The translations under genes were made by a program, and so were the position numbers. The notes beneath the pieces are model-generated. The model was not told where the DNA came from, did not search any database, and saw nothing but the letters and a program-made list of their open reading frames with translations. DNA of 64,000 nucleotides from positions 16,678,001 to 16,742,000 of the forward strand of contig NC_086097.1 in the NCBI RefSeq assembly GCF_963921235.1, given 5' to 3'. Each line of letters starts with the position of its first letter. Within the stretch, counting starts at the first letter, position 1. This document shows positions 13,205 to 25,887 of this stretch, piece by piece. Source of the DNA: Mobula hypostoma (taxonomy: Eukaryota).

Positions 13205-15067
13205 TTGTCTGCTGAAGGCTAGGTCTGTGGCGTTCAACCAACGCTGGCAACCCAGGTCTGTACCAGAAAACCAGGTATGATCTGCGGAGGGCCATTTCAA
13301 GGGCGAAGAGACAATTTTGAACGATGTTAGAGGCGACATCGGATGTATGACCACTCTGGCAGGATTTGCAAGACGTTACTTCCTACAAAGCGGAACCCAA
13401 TAGCATGATGGCAGCGATGCGTTACTACCAGATGAACTCAACGCCTTCTATGCCCGCTTTGAAAGGGAGAAAATAACTAGAGCTGTGAAGATCCCTGCTG
13501 CACCTGATGACTCTGTGATCTCTGTCTCTGAGGCCAATGTTAGGCTGTCTTTAAAGAGGGTGAACCCTCGCAAGGCACAAGGTTCTGATGGAGTACCCAG
13601 TAAGGCTCTGAATACCTGTGCCAACCAACAGGCAGGAGCATTCAAGGACATTTTCAACCTCTCACTGCTGCGGGCAGAAGTTCCCACTTGCTTCGAAAAG
13701 GCAACAATTATACCAGCGCTTAAGAAGAAAAATATGAGCTGCCTTAATGACTATCGCCCAGAAGCACTCACATCTACAGCGATGAAATGCTGAGAGGTTG
13801 CTTATGAACTAGACTGAACTCTTGCCTCAGCAAGGACCTGGACCCATTGCAATTTACATATCACCACACAATAGGTCAATGGCAGATGCAACCTCAATGG
13901 CTCTTCACACGGCCTCAGACCACCTGGACAACACAAACACCTATGTCAGAATGCTGTTCAACGACTATAGATCAGCATTTAATACCATCATTCCCACAAT
14001 CCTAATTGAGAAGTTGCAGAACCTGGGCTCCTGTACCTCCCTCTGCAATTGGATCCTCAACTTCATAACCGGCAGACCACAATGTGTGTGGATTGGTAAT
14101 AATATCTCCTTCTCACTGACGATCAACACTGGTGCACCTCAGGGGTGTGTGCTTAGCCCACTGCTCTACTCTTTCTATACCCATAACTGTGTGGCTAGGT
14201 ATAGCTCAAACACCATCTGTAAATTTCCTGATGATACAACCACTGTTGGTAGAATCTCAGGTGGTGACAAGAGGGCATACAGGTGTGAGATATGCCAACT
14301 AGAGAAGTGGTGTTACAACAACAACCTGGCACTCCATGTCAGTAAGACGAAAGAGCTGATTGTGGACTTCAGGAAGGGTAAGACGAAGGAACACCTATCA
14401 ATCCTCATAGTGGGATCAGAAGTGGAGAGAGCAAGCAATTTCAAGTTCCTGGCTGTCAAGATCTCGGAGGACCTGACTTGGTCCCAACATATCGATGCAG
14501 TCATAACAAAGGCAAGACAGCGACTTTGCTTTATTAGGCATTTGAAGACTTCAATAGATGTACCGTGGAGAGCAATCTGACAGGCTACAACACTGTCTGC
14601 TATTGTGGTGGGGGGCTACTGCACAGGACCAAAAGAAGCTGCAGAGGGTTGTAAATTTAGTCAGCTCCATCTTGGGTACTAGTCTACAAAGTACCCAGGA
14701 CATCTTTAAGGAGCTGTGTCTCAGAAAGGCAGCGTCCATTATTAAGGACCCCCAGCACCAGGGCATACCCTTTTCTCACTACTACCATCAGCTAGGAGGT
14801 ACAGAAGCCCGAAGGCACACACTCAGCGATTCTGGAACAGCTTCTTCCCCCACCCGATTCCTAAATGGACATTGAAACCCTGAACACTACCTCACTTTTT
14901 AAATATATATTATTTGTTTTTTTTGCACAAATTTTAATCTATTCAATATACATATACGGTAATTTATTATTATTTTTCCTTCTTCTATATTATGTATCGC
15001 ATTGAACTGCTGCTGCTAAGTTAACAAAGTTCACGACACATGCCAGTGATAATAAACCTGATTCTGA
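13205..15067 (+). mobile_element. Rex1/Babar LINE, RT-containing 3' portion
   Basis: ORFs 13485..13793 and 13822..14580 ([26 protein letters not shown]); tail AATAAACCTGATTCTGA. Confidence 0.9.
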
Positions 15068-15148
15068 ATAACTGAAGAACTGATTATTTCTAGAATATAA
15101 CTATGCATTCACAGACATTAGTAAACTGGATAATTGTCAGGAACTTAC

Positions 15149-15297
15149 ACTTTGCATATAAACAATCCATCATAGACTGCACAATGTCCAGCTTGGCTTT
15201 GATAGAGAAATTGATGAAATTGGTATCAACCAGGATGTAATACGGAGGACCCAGCTGTGTGTTATATTGGAAGAACAGACAGGAAGGATACTTCACC
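15149..15297 (-). CDS. FCF1: FCF1 exon 4 ([49 protein letters not shown])
   Basis: ORF 15090..15296; ccccag acceptor, GTAAGT donor; PIN motif VDTNF. Confidence 0.97.
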
Positions 15298-15614
15298 CTG
15301 GGGAAAATATAAGATAAGTTACTTAATTTTTATATCTAAATTTTACATTCAGTACAATATTAGACACTGGTACTTTATCTTTCAGAGATGTTTTAAAATG
15401 TGTTTGGAAACTAAGTACAAAAGTTTTCAGCTTCTCAGCATAAATATTCCCACCAAATGAGTGTCATGATACTCAGCACTGTTTTTAATCAGATACTGCT
15501 CATATACCTTGCCACCCTGGTCAAATTCCACCCCACATATATATTTGTACATATGTTGGCAAGTGTGCAGAAATTACCATCTTTTGTTTTCTGCATTTCA
15601 CTTGTCAATAAAAG

Positions 15615-15845
15615 GTCGGCATGGTAGCGATCGGGGTTTGAACCTCCCTGTGGTCTGTAAGGAGCTTCTCCATGACCACATGGGTTTCCTCTGGGTGCTC
15701 CAGTTTCTGATGACATATAGTTAGGGTTTGTAAGAGCATGGCGACAATTGCAGGCTGCCCCGAGCGCAATCCACACTGATTTGATTTGACACAAATGATG
15801 CATTTCACTGTATGTTTCGATGTACGTGACAAACAAAGCTGATCT
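15615..15845 (+). mobile_element. V-SINE with LINE-like tail
   Basis: GGGTTTCCTCTGGGTGCTCCAGTTTC V-domain; ..gtacgtgacaaacaaagct tail. Confidence 0.6.
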
Positions 15846-17333
15846 TACTCTTAAATGGGAAACTGATTCCAGGATGCAACACTGATTAGTAGGCAGAAAT
15901 TACTTCTGATGCCTATGCAGAAGGCAATCTGGTTGACATAATTCTTACAATTCTAATGGAAGTTCCTAGAGTAGAGGGAACGTAATCTATTCATGAGTCA
16001 TAAAAGTGCACAACTTGGAAGTGAACATGCAGATGGTGGCCTTCACCTGTGCCTAGTTAGCTCATGGATTTTGTACCAGTGAGGTTCAATTCGTGTAACT
16101 CTGGTCATTCCCTGCTCCCAACCAAGCAATATTATTCTTATTTCCCACTATTTTTCCCTCTCACGTGCTCATCAACTTCTTTTGGTTCTCTTACCACTTG
16201 CCCAGACAGTAATCAATTAAGCTACCTGGTGATCTTTGGGACACAATAGGAAATCGGAACACCAAGTTCAACTCTACATTGTTACAGGGAAAACTTGCAA
16301 ACTCTACACGAACGGTACCCAAGGTCAGGATCAAACTCGGGTCCCTGGAGATGTGAGATAACAGCATCAACCACTGCACATAATGCCACTGGGCAGACTG
16401 ACGTCATTCAGGGCAGCTACTGGAGTACTGCTGGAGCTGCACTTATAAATACATTCAAGTGTATTCCATTATAGTATTGATTTGACCATGCAGATGGTTG
16501 AAAGGCTTTGGGGTTGGTGATTCATTTTCTCGCCAATGGGACCCCAACACCTCCACCCCCACAAACAGTAAAATGTCAGACATAAGAGTTATACAGAACT
16601 GGACAGGCCCAACTAGCCCACCTTGACAAAAATGTTAAACTATATGGGTCCCATATCCCCATAAACCTTTCCTATTCATGTACCTATCCAACTATCTTTC
16701 AAACATCGATAGTGTAAGTGCCTCAGCCACTTCCCCTGGCAGCCAATTCCATGTACTGACCAATCGCTACATGGAAAAAAAAGTTGCCCCTTGAGTTCCT
16801 ATTGAATTTCTCCCCCCTCACCTTAAACCTATGCCTTCTCGTTCCTGACTTCCCAACTCTGCGGGAAAAATTAAAGATTGCACATTTGAAGACTGGACAA
16901 AGGTTCTTTCACCCGTAACGTTGACTCTGTTTCCCTTTCCACAGATGCTGTCTGACCCGGTGAGTATTCCTAGAATTTTCTATTTTTGTTTGGTTTGCTA
17001 ATGGATGTGACATTGTCTGTCACCATTTTAAATGATGACACATTAATGCTATCCAGGCTTTGCTGCTTTTTGGTGTGCACTATATCATTTGCTACGGAGT
17101 TTCCAACAGAGGTGTAGATGTACAGAATTTTCTGGTGCAGAGCCCCGATGATCCAAGTGCAGATGAAGGGAGAGACCAATACTTGACAATACCGATCTGC
17201 TGCATCACTGTGTGCTCTCAGTACCATCACAGATTTTAGACAGCAGAAAAATATTTCACAAGCACCTCCCTCTAATATTAATCAAGATATTTCTTTAAAA
17301 CTTATAATCTTGAAATTCCAATGTAAAACGTAC

Positions 17334-17405
17334 ACTTCCTTAACTTTCAAGGCACTGGGATCCTCTTTTTTCATCTTCTTAGGTTTTGCTCTTTCACTTT
17401 CTTTT
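17334..17405 (-). CDS. FCF1: FCF1 exon 3 (KESERAKPKKMKKEDPSALKVKE-V)
   Basis: tttcag acceptor, GTACGT donor, phases compatible with neighbours. Confidence 0.95.
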
Positions 17406-17644
17406 CTGAAATAAAAAAAATTTATTATTGTGAAAGATAGCAGCAACCATCTCCTGAAGGGTTTTATGATCTGAGGGAACTTAAATCTGTTTTTTTTTTG
17501 AGAATAAAACTATAACTTGCAAATCAATGCCTTAACACAGGTTAAGAAAGCTAACACAGATCAATAATTCCTTGAAAGGGGAGACACAGGTGGATTGGGT
17601 CATAAAGAGAGCTTCTGGCACATTGGCCTTCATAAATCAAGGTA

Positions 17645-19673
17645 CAGCAGATTCTGGTTAATGGGGACACATTGGGATAAGTAGATTTTGCCCCAATTAA
17701 GCAGCTGTTACAATTAGCCGAAGTTTCATGGAAATAGCTTTAAAAGTTATGAAAAAAGACAAACCACAGTTTAACTGAGTAACAAATTCTAGAATCAACC
17801 TCTGCCTAAGCAGGAACGTGGACCATCACCACAATAGGTCGACAATCTCACTAGCTCTGTACTCGGCCTTGGATCACCTGGACGATAGTCATACCTATTT
17901 AAGACTGTTGGTTATTGATGACAGCTCAACATTCAACACAATCATACCCTCAGTTCTAATCAACAAGCTCTAAAACATGGGCCTTTGTACCTCCCTCTGC
18001 AAATGGATCCTTGACTTCCTCACCGGGAGACCACAGATTGGAAATAACATCTCTTAATCGCTGACAATCAACACCAAAGCCCCTCAAGGATGCATACTTA
18101 GCCCATGGCTCTACTCCGTCTACACCCACTCTACAACTGGCTAGGCAGTTCAAGTGGCATCTAATGATTTGCCGATGACAACTGTTGTTGGCAGTATTTC
18201 AGATGGTGAGGAGTAGACGTAGTGGGGCAATCAGCTGGTTCAGTGACGTCACAGCAGCAACTTTGCCCTCGACTTCAGAAGGCCAAGGAATAGATTGTGG
18301 TCTTCAGGAAAGGAAAGTCAAGGGAACACACAGCAGTCCTCAATGAGGGATCAGAAAGGGGGAGCAGTTTCAAGTTCCTGGGTGTCAACATCTCTGCGGA
18401 TCTACCCTGGGTCCAACATATCGAAGCAATTACAAAGGCTTGACAGTTGCTATATTTCATTAGGAATTTGAGGAGACTTGGTATGTCACTAAAGACACTT
18501 GCAAATTTTACAGTTGTACCGTGGAGAGCATTCTAACTGGTTGCATCACCATCTCATACTAGACTAGAAAAAGCCGCAGAAATGATTAAACTTAGTCAGC
18601 TCCTTCATGGGCACTTGCCTCCCCCGCATCTAGGACACCTTTTAAAAAGCCACGCTTCAAAAAGATGGCATCCATCATTAAGGACCCTCATCACCTAGGA
18701 CATGCCCTCTTCTCACTGCTACCAGCAAGGAGGTGGTACAGGAGTCTGAAAGCACACTCTCAACGTTTCAGAAACCGCTTCTTCCCTTCCCCCGTCACAT
18801 TCTGAACGAACATTGAACCCGCGAATACTACCTCAATTGTTCCCCTCTCTTTTTGCTCTACTTAGACAAAATATAATTCTTTCTTATATATACTTCTTAT
18901 TGTAATTTATAATTTATTACTTAAATGTACTGCTGCCACAAAACAAAGTTCACAACACATGACAGTAATATTAAACCTGATTCTGAAATTATGTATTTAT
19001 ATGAAATACAGAATAAATTAGAATGCTACCAATACTACATTGTTACAAAACTGTGCATTGGTCCCATTCATTACCGATGCAGGAATTCATCCAGTATATG
19101 CTGAACATGTTCTTTTGATTAACTGTCAATGCACAAAATCAGTGAAGATATCTAGTGTAGATAACGGACTGCATACAATGCTTTCAACAATTGCATCCTC
19201 CAAATCTTCATTGTCATTATAACATTCAAGATGATTACTAATCCCTTCAAAGTCATCATAGTTCTTAACTTGTTGAAGTAGAGAAACAGTTTCATTTTCA
19301 CTCCTGGCCGTCTCTGGCAGCTCAAAGCCTGAATGCTTGAAACGGCAGTGATTAAAACATTTCTGAATTGTCTTACTGTTAATTTCCCACCAACTACCAA
19401 TGACAAAAAGAATTACTCTTTGAACACAAACACATGCAACTGATTCTGTTTAAAAACTGTTCCCTCTACGAGCAGCATAGTGTGTAATGGTCACACAAGT
19501 GCACGTGACTGAAGCTAGTTGGAAACTGTTTGGCAACTGTCTCCTGTCTAAAATAAGTAGCGTAGTGTCCCAAATAAACTAAGGGAATCCTGGCTATTTT
19601 TTGTTCTTTAAATGTTGTCCCAAATAAGTGGCTCCCCCAATTAACTGATGGCCCCATTAACCAGAATCCACTG
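17645..19673. mobile_element. Tigger/pogo-like non-autonomous DNA transposon
   Basis: TIRs CAG(CA/TG)GATTCTGGTTAATGGGG, TA on both sides; interrupted by Rex1. Confidence 0.78.
17790..18986 (+). mobile_element. Rex1/Babar LINE fragment nested in the Tigger-like element
   Basis: Decayed RT (FADDNC..), tail ATTAAACCTGATTCTGA. Confidence 0.82.
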
Positions 19674-20746
19674 TATTGAGATCACGAATTAGGATGTTAT
19701 GTTGAAGCTGAGATCAAATTTGGAGTAATGTGTGCAGTTCTGGTCACCTCTGAATGGGAAAGAGATCAATAAGATTAAAAGAGTACAGAGAATATTTACA
19801 AGGAGGTACTTTATACTTTATTGTCGCCAAACAATTGATACTAGAACTTACAATCATCACAGTAATATTTGATTCTGTGCTTCCCGCTCCCTGGATTACA
19901 AAACGACAGTAAATATTAAAAATCTAAATTATAAATCATAAATAGAAAATAGAAAAATGTAAAGTAAGGTAGTGCAAAAAAACCGAGAGGCATGTCCAGA
20001 TATTTGGAGGGTACAGCCCAGATCCGGGTCGAAAACCTGGGTTATGGACTAGGTTGAAGAGGTTAGGACATTATTCCCTCAGGTGCAGCTCAAAAAGGAG
20101 AGGTCTTCTAGAGGTATACAAAATTAAGAGGGGTATAGATTGGGTTAATGTAAGCAGGCTTTTTTCTACTGAAGATGGGCGAAACTGGAACCAGAGGTCA
20201 TAGGTTAAGAGTGAAAGGTGACAAATATAAGGGGGAGCCTGTCGGGGAACTTCTTCACTCAGAGGGTGGGTGTGAGTGTGGAAATGAGCTGCCAGTGAAA
20301 GTGGTGGATGCGGGTTCGATTTCAACAGAAGAGAAGTCTGGATAAGTACATGGACAGGACAGGTATGGAGGGCAAAGTTCGAGGTGCAGGTCAATGGGAC
20401 AAGGCAAAGTAACAGTTTGGCACGTATTAGATGGGCTCTACAGCCTACGACACTTTACCAAGAACATTAACTTGCTAGGTTTCAGAACATATGGAAGTGT
20501 CTCAAGAAATAAAGATCACTCCTTGCGTGCAAATAACACCAAACAATAATAGTATGATAAGCCACTGATCACCTACATCGAGGAAAGATCAATAAGATTT
20601 AAAAAAAAGCACAGAAAATCTGTGAAAGATATCATTTCCCAAACAGAAAGTCCTCAAAGAGTAATGCAGCACAATAACATTGAAATGGGGGCCATTAACT
20701 TCATCTAATCTTTTAGTTTCATCCCAAGCTTAATTTAAAAACTTAC

Positions 20747-20814
20747 ATTCTTGAATCACGCAGACTGATCATTCGCTTCATAGTTGCATATTTTCTTGTT
20801 TTCTTTGCTTTTCC
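20747..20814 (-). CDS. FCF1: FCF1 exon 2 (GKAKKTRKYATMKRMISLRDSR-I)
   Basis: ttccag acceptor, GTAAGT donor, translation matches FCF1 N-terminus. Confidence 0.96.
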
Positions 20815-21324
20815 CTGGAAAAAAGAATCAAACAGGTGGGGGAGGCGAGAATAAGTTCAATACTAGAAAAACGAGAATAACCAGCCCCGAAATAAAGTAG
20901 AATTCTACCAAAATATAGTACTGAAATAAGTTAGCAGACTTAAACATTACCTCAGTCCCTCTCTCCCTCGGTGCTACATGACCCATACCTGGAAGAAACC
21001 CATGCACTTTGGAGAAGGACAGATAAACTCCCCACAGAGGACGCTGGAAATGAACTCCAAACTCCAGAGCTGTAATAGCGTTATGCTATTACAAAATAGT
21101 ATTTTCTATTATTTCAGATTTCCAGCATCTACAGTGTTTTGGCTTCAGAAATCATGGTCATTAGAGACTAGTCTCTCCACTCACTCATCTTCAAATGCAT
21201 CACCATTCTCTTTTCTATGTGCATATACCAGCTGACAATGATACCATACCCATCTCCTTTTCTGCAGTTTACCAATTACTGAGCAGCATATTTCTAGCTT
21301 CTTACAGTTTTGGAGAAAGACAGG

Positions 21325-21610
21325 GCAGGGGTGCAGCCACACAGCCAGAGACCCCGGTTCAGTGCTGACCTTGTGTGCTGTTCTCCTGGAGTTTGAACAT
21401 CTTCCCCAGTAGCAGTGTGGGTTAACTAGCTACTGTAAATTGCCTTTAGCATGTGACTGAGTGATTAAAGCTCACAGTGAGTCATGGGAATAGGGTGGAA
21501 AGGGTGTGGAAATAATGAAGGAGGATTAAAGGTTAATATAAATAGCTGGTCAATATTTAGTGTAGATTCTATGGGCTGAAGGGCCTATTTCTGTGCTGTA
21601 TCTCTTAAAA
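21325..21610 (+). mobile_element. V-SINE (HE1-like)
   Basis: agagaccccggttcagtgctgacc..ggagtttgaacatctt; tail ATGGGCTGAAGGGCCT..TGTGCTGTATCTCT shared with CR1 3' ends. Confidence 0.65.
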
Positions 21611-21809
21611 TAAATCACTGACCTGAAGACCTTTGAGGTAGATAACAAAGCAATATCTGATAAATATAAAAGATCCTGTGATACCTTCCCAGAGCAGGGA
21701 CAGGGCAGTGGCACAGCTGGTAAAGCCAAGGTGCCAGAAACCCAGGTTTGATTTGAAGGCTTAACCTTTTCGTCAGCAAAGCCCTCAAATCAACTCAGCT
21801 GAAACAGCT

Positions 21810-22385
21810 CACCCAGTGGCACTTGGTGAGAGATTTCTGAGCACAAAGAAGCACATGGCCTCTTCTACAGCCATGAGGAGGCCAAATGCAATTTGGAGGA
21901 ATAACACTTCATATTCTCTCTGGATAGCCTCTAACATGATGGCACAAACATCTAATTTCTCTGATTTCCAGTAATTTCTCCCTCACATCTTTTTTTCATT
22001 CCCCATTCTAGGTTTCTTCCTCATCCCTTCTCTTCTCCTTACCTGTCCCTCACCTCCCTCTGCTCCGCTCCTCCTCCTTTTTCCATGGTCCACTGTGCTC
22101 CCCATTAGGATGCTTCTTCTTCAGTCCTTTACCCCTTCCACCTATCACCTGCCAGCTTCTTACATCATTCCCCCTTCTCCTGGTCTCACTAGCTTGTATT
22201 TCCATCTCCTCACCACCCCCCCCCCCCACCTACCACCTTATTCTGGCCTCTGCCCCCTTCCTTTCCACTCCTGATTAAGGGCCTTGGCTCAAAATGTTGA
22301 CTGTTAAGTCCCCTCTATGGATCCTGCTTGACCTGGTGAGTTCCCCCAGCATTTTGTCTGTTGCTCAAAATTTCCAGCATGTGCA
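21810..22385 (+). mobile_element. Decayed PLE 3' fragment (GIY-YIG remnant, pyrimidine-rich pLTR, degenerate hammerhead near 22268-22302)
   Basis: Colinear similarity to 48200-48770 (ccagtggc..catggcctc..ggaggaa-aacac..atattc..tagcctc-aac-tgatggca). Confidence 0.72.
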
Positions 22386-23055
22386 GTAATCTAGTGATTA
22401 CAAAGGCATCATGAATCTTCACCAATTCACAGCAGGCACAAACACCAACAGGTCTTCCATGAAAAATCTACTCAGCCCAAGCTCCACATTTGATTTTAAA
22501 ATTCGATGAGAAGGCAATATGCACTCTGAAAAGGGTCCGAAGATTAGTTAGGAAAGTGGAACAGGGGAAAGATGAACAGAGGGGGTTTGGAGGCCAGTAC
22601 ATCCAATCTTAGCAGTAAAACTAATTCAAAATCAAAACAAAACAATTGCTGCTGGCCTAAGACCACCATGGGGTTGTTCTACTTGCATGACACATCCTCA
22701 TCTCCAATATGATTGTTCCAAAGACTCGAATTCCTTTTTTCAATCCTTCATTAGCAATTAGCAAATATACAATCTTGAAGTGATATTAAGTGGTCAGCAA
22801 AGGTATGAACTTTGCCTGTCCCAAACTATAAATTGCCACAAAATAAGCAAGAGTATGTAACTTATTCTCTTCACTTTTAACACACCCCCTTAATGTGACC
22901 AGTTACCATAATAAACACGCAAAACAGAATACAAAGCAAATAGAGAACAGATACACGGTTCCTACAGGAACTTATGGGTGCTGAAGACTTCTGCACAGTG
23001 CTGTAGTAATTTTATGTATTGCACCGTGCTGCTGCCACAAAAAAAATCAAATTTC

Positions 23056-23147
23056 TTATCAATCATATAATCCCAATTGCTCTGCATCTATTTTCTATAA
23101 TGTTTAAGATGCTGAAATTAATAAAAAGATTGAAAAAGAAAGAAAAG
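23056..23147 (+). mobile_element. Severely 5'-truncated L1-type insertion
   Basis: AATAAA + A-rich tail; TSD AAAAAAATCAAATTTC at 23040-23055 and 23148-23163. Confidence 0.6.
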
Positions 23148-23505
23148 AAAAAAATCAAATTTCATGACATATGTGAGCAATGATAAACCTGATTCTGATA
23201 TGGGTCTCAGTTGTGGACTGAGAGGGGAAAGGAGGCAGGGAGAGGGGAGTCATGGTTTGGAAAGGCGGAAGGAGTGGGAAGCATGAGAGACATTCTACAA
23301 TGATCAATAAACCAACTGTTTGGAATCAGATGGCCTTGCCTGGTGTCTCAGGGCTGGGTGTGTCTGCACTTGCGCCACCCCCACCCCTAGCACTTCTCTG
23401 ACACCCGACACATACCCTTCATACAGAGCTCCGCCCTGACCATTCCCAACGTCCTTTGGTCCTGCCAGATTTATAAATTTGCTCTCCTCTCCATGTTGAC
23501 AAATA

Positions 23506-23572
23506 CAGTACTGTGCATAAGTCTTAGGCACCCTAGTTATATATATGTGCCTAAGTCTTTTGCACAGTACCG
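23506..23572. mobile_element. Tiny Tc1-type palindromic MITE
   Basis: TA|CAGTACTGTGCATAAGTCTTAGGCAC..GTGCCTAAGTCTTTTGCACAGTACCG|TA. Confidence 0.72.
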
Positions 23573-23789
23573 TAGCTCACAAGCAGGTAGGGTGGTAAAG
23601 GTACACTTGCCTTCACTGTTGGGAGTATTGAGTATGAGAGTCAGGAAGTAAATTGCAGCTATATGAAATTTTGGTTTGGCTACACATGGAATAATGTGTG
23701 CATCTTTGGTACACAACGGACATGGTGGCTTTAGAATGGGTGCACAACATTTACCAGGATTCTTCCTACAGGGTACGTGCTACAAGAGG

Positions 23790-24095
23790 TTCTTCCAAGA
23801 AGACCACAACCTGGTCGTGGTTTGGAGGCTTGCGTGCCTCAATGACTTGAGGAGCTATGTTGGCTGGAGTCAGAGCTCAGTGCTTTGGCTGTTGGTAGGT
23901 CAACCCATGCCAACCAGGTTAAAGGGTAGAAGACAGACTAAGAGTGGTCCAGGGCTAACAACCTTGACTGGTAAAACAAAACTAATACAGAAACAGCAAT
24001 GAAGAATCCTTCTACATCTGTGTGCGATGGTATTCCTGAGTCTCCACCCAGGACTTTCATGACTGACAGGAGTGAAAATCGCAACGCTACTGACT
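23790..24095 (+). mobile_element. RTE/Expander-like LINE 5' fragment
   Basis: GTCGTGGTTTGGAGGCTTGCGTGCCTCAATGAC..GAGCTATGTTGGCTGG..GGGCTAACAACC, resembling RTE 5' UTRs. Confidence 0.55.
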
Positions 24096-24753
24096 TGATC
24101 TCTGAGGATCTAACCTGGTCCCAACATATTGATGCAGCTATAAAGAAGGCAAGACAGTGGCGATATTTCATTAGGAGTTTGAAGAGATTTGGCACGTCAA
24201 CAAATACACTCAAAAACTTAAATAGATGTACCCTGGAGAGCATTCTGACAGGCTACATCACTGGTATGGAGGGGCTACTGAAAGAAGCTGCAGAGGGTTG
24301 TAAATTTAGTCAGCTCCATCTTGGGTACTAGCCTACAAAGTACCCAGGACATCTTTAGGGAGTGGTGTCTCAGAAAGGCAACATCCATTATTAAGAACCT
24401 TCAGCAATCAGGGCATGCCCTTTTCTCACTGTTACCATCAGGTAGGAGGTACAGAAGCCTGAAGGCACACACTCAGCGATTCAGGAACAGTTTCTTCCCC
24501 TCTGCCATCTGATTCCTGAATGGACATTGAACCTTCGGACACTAGTTTTCTTAAATTATATATAGTATTTGTTTTTTGCATGATTTTTAATCTATTCAAT
24601 ATACATATACTGTATAAAGTATACTGAGTAAGATTTATTTATTTATCATTATTATTTTACCTTTTTTCTTCTATATTTTGTATTGCACTGAATTGCTGCA
24701 ACTAAGTTAACAAATTTCATGTCACATGCTGGTGATAATAAACCTGATTCTGA
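24095..24753 (+). mobile_element. Rex1/Babar LINE 3' fragment
   Basis: [20 protein letters not shown]..; HALFSLLPSGRRYRSLKAHTQRFRNSFFP; CTGATTCTGA tail. Confidence 0.85.
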
Positions 24754-25429
24754 TGAAGGAAGCCCTGAAAGCCTCCAGAGATGGAAGACGTTTATTGCTG
24801 CTCTCAATGCCAGTGGTTGGACAAATTTGGGTTGCTTTTACTACAGCAGCAGAGGCTGAGGCGAGACCTGATAGAAGTTTACAAGATTATGAGAGGCAGC
24901 AAGACAGTCAGATTTTTTTTCCCAGGGGTGCAAATATCAAGTTGTGAGGACATGCGTTTAAGGTGGGGGGGGGGGGAGTTCGAAGAAGCCACACAGTCAG
25001 GGTTTTGTATTACACAGTGGTGAGTGCCTGAAACAGACCACGAAGGGTGGTAGCGTTAGCAGACCGGGCAAGGTATTTAACACAGGGAATGCAGGCTTTT
25101 GCTCGGCGTTGGAGACTCAAGAACGAAACGTGTTAATTTCTTAAACTCTAAGGTGAGAGGGGAGGGATTTAATAGGATCCTGAGGGACAAAGTTTTCCAC
25201 CCAGCGAGTGGTCAGAGTTGACAGAGTAAGTGCTTGAGACAAGTACATCAACAAGATTTAAAAGGTACTTGGGTTAAAAAAAAGGAAATGGGGCAAATGG
25301 GAGCAGTTTAAGAGAGGAATAAACCAGCTGGGCCGAAGGACCTGTTCCATACTGTATGACTCTTTCGATGGAGGGATATGACTTTATGAAGGGGGAAATG
25401 AGGATCGTGGGCAGGGGGAAGAGAGATTT

Positions 25430-25740
25430 CGTTTCATTCGGCATCGTGCTCGGAGCTAGCGTTGTGGGCCGAAAGACCTGCACAGTCCCAGAGGTCCCTA
25501 AGCGCCTTTGAAGAAGATTCACCCGAAAACCCCACAGAAACAACCCGGAGCGCAGAGACCTCAACCCACCGATTCGGCGACAACCTTACCATCGTTCCCT
25601 GCTCGTGGTTGTCGAACGCCGTTACGTCACCTGTCGGCGCCGACCGCCGACGTCAGCCAAGGAGCGACTACCCCGCCCATCCAGCTTCCGGTTGCTATAG
25701 GTCCCTAGAAACGCGATGGCAGAGGAAGCGTTGTTGGGAA
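25430..25740. promoter_or_regulatory. Bidirectional CpG-rich promoter shared by FCF1 and AREL1
   Basis: The clearest non-repeat CpG-dense stretch in the window. CRE/ATF-like TTACGTCA 25622-25629 and CGACGTCA 25648-25655, palindrome GTCGGCGCCGAC 25633-25644, GC box CCCCGCCC 25671-25678, ETS-type CTTCCGG 25685-25691; lies just upstream of the FCF1 ATG. Confidence 0.8.
25590..25592 (-). CDS. FCF1: FCF1 coding exon 1 (ATG only)
   Basis: Minus strand reads agggaacg ATG|GTAAGG inside the CpG-rich region; phase 0 joins GGA of exon 2. Confidence 0.88.
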
Positions 25741-25887
25741 AGCTGGGAATCGGCTGGTATTCCTCAGCTTTTTAAACATGCAGGGGGAAGAGCCACTGTC
25801 AGAAGAAGTAAAATAGCAACGAAATAAAGCTTTGAGATGGAAGGAGGTCTGACGTCTTGCAAGACTTGAAACCCAGCTCTGGTTATG
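25700..25887 (+). other. AREL1: Putative AREL1 first exon (start approximate), ending at donor ATG|GTAATG
   Basis: Donor-like G|GTAATG at 25887/25888 directly downstream of the promoter and followed by T-rich intron-like sequence; TSS not determinable. Confidence 0.5.

Larger units (their letters stand above)
17600..20440 (+). mobile_element. CR1 3' fragment hosting nested insertions
   Basis: LAFINQG (to 17644) resumes at 19674 (..DVMLKL..LE*CVQFWSP) and again after ~20030 (LGHYSL..RRGLLEVYKI). Confidence 0.72.
4117..25592 (-). other. FCF1: FCF1 gene span (8 coding exons, 597-nt CDS, 198 aa): rRNA-processing protein FCF1/Utp24, PIN-domain nuclease
   Basis: Manual splicing of 8 GT-AG exons (3+68+72+149+73+88+95+49 nt) gives an uninterrupted MGKAKKTRKYATMKRMISLRDSRIKESERAKPKK...[18 protein letters not shown]...CIPCITDCVMAEIEKLG...[63 protein letters not shown], which is recognisably vertebrate FCF1. 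Confidence 0.97.

Noticed and set aside
25716..25887. ATG 25716 as the ancestral start of the long AREL1, since its phase fits exon B
   Set aside because: Three in-frame stops and no resemblance to the expected N-terminus; exon A at 27460 fits much better
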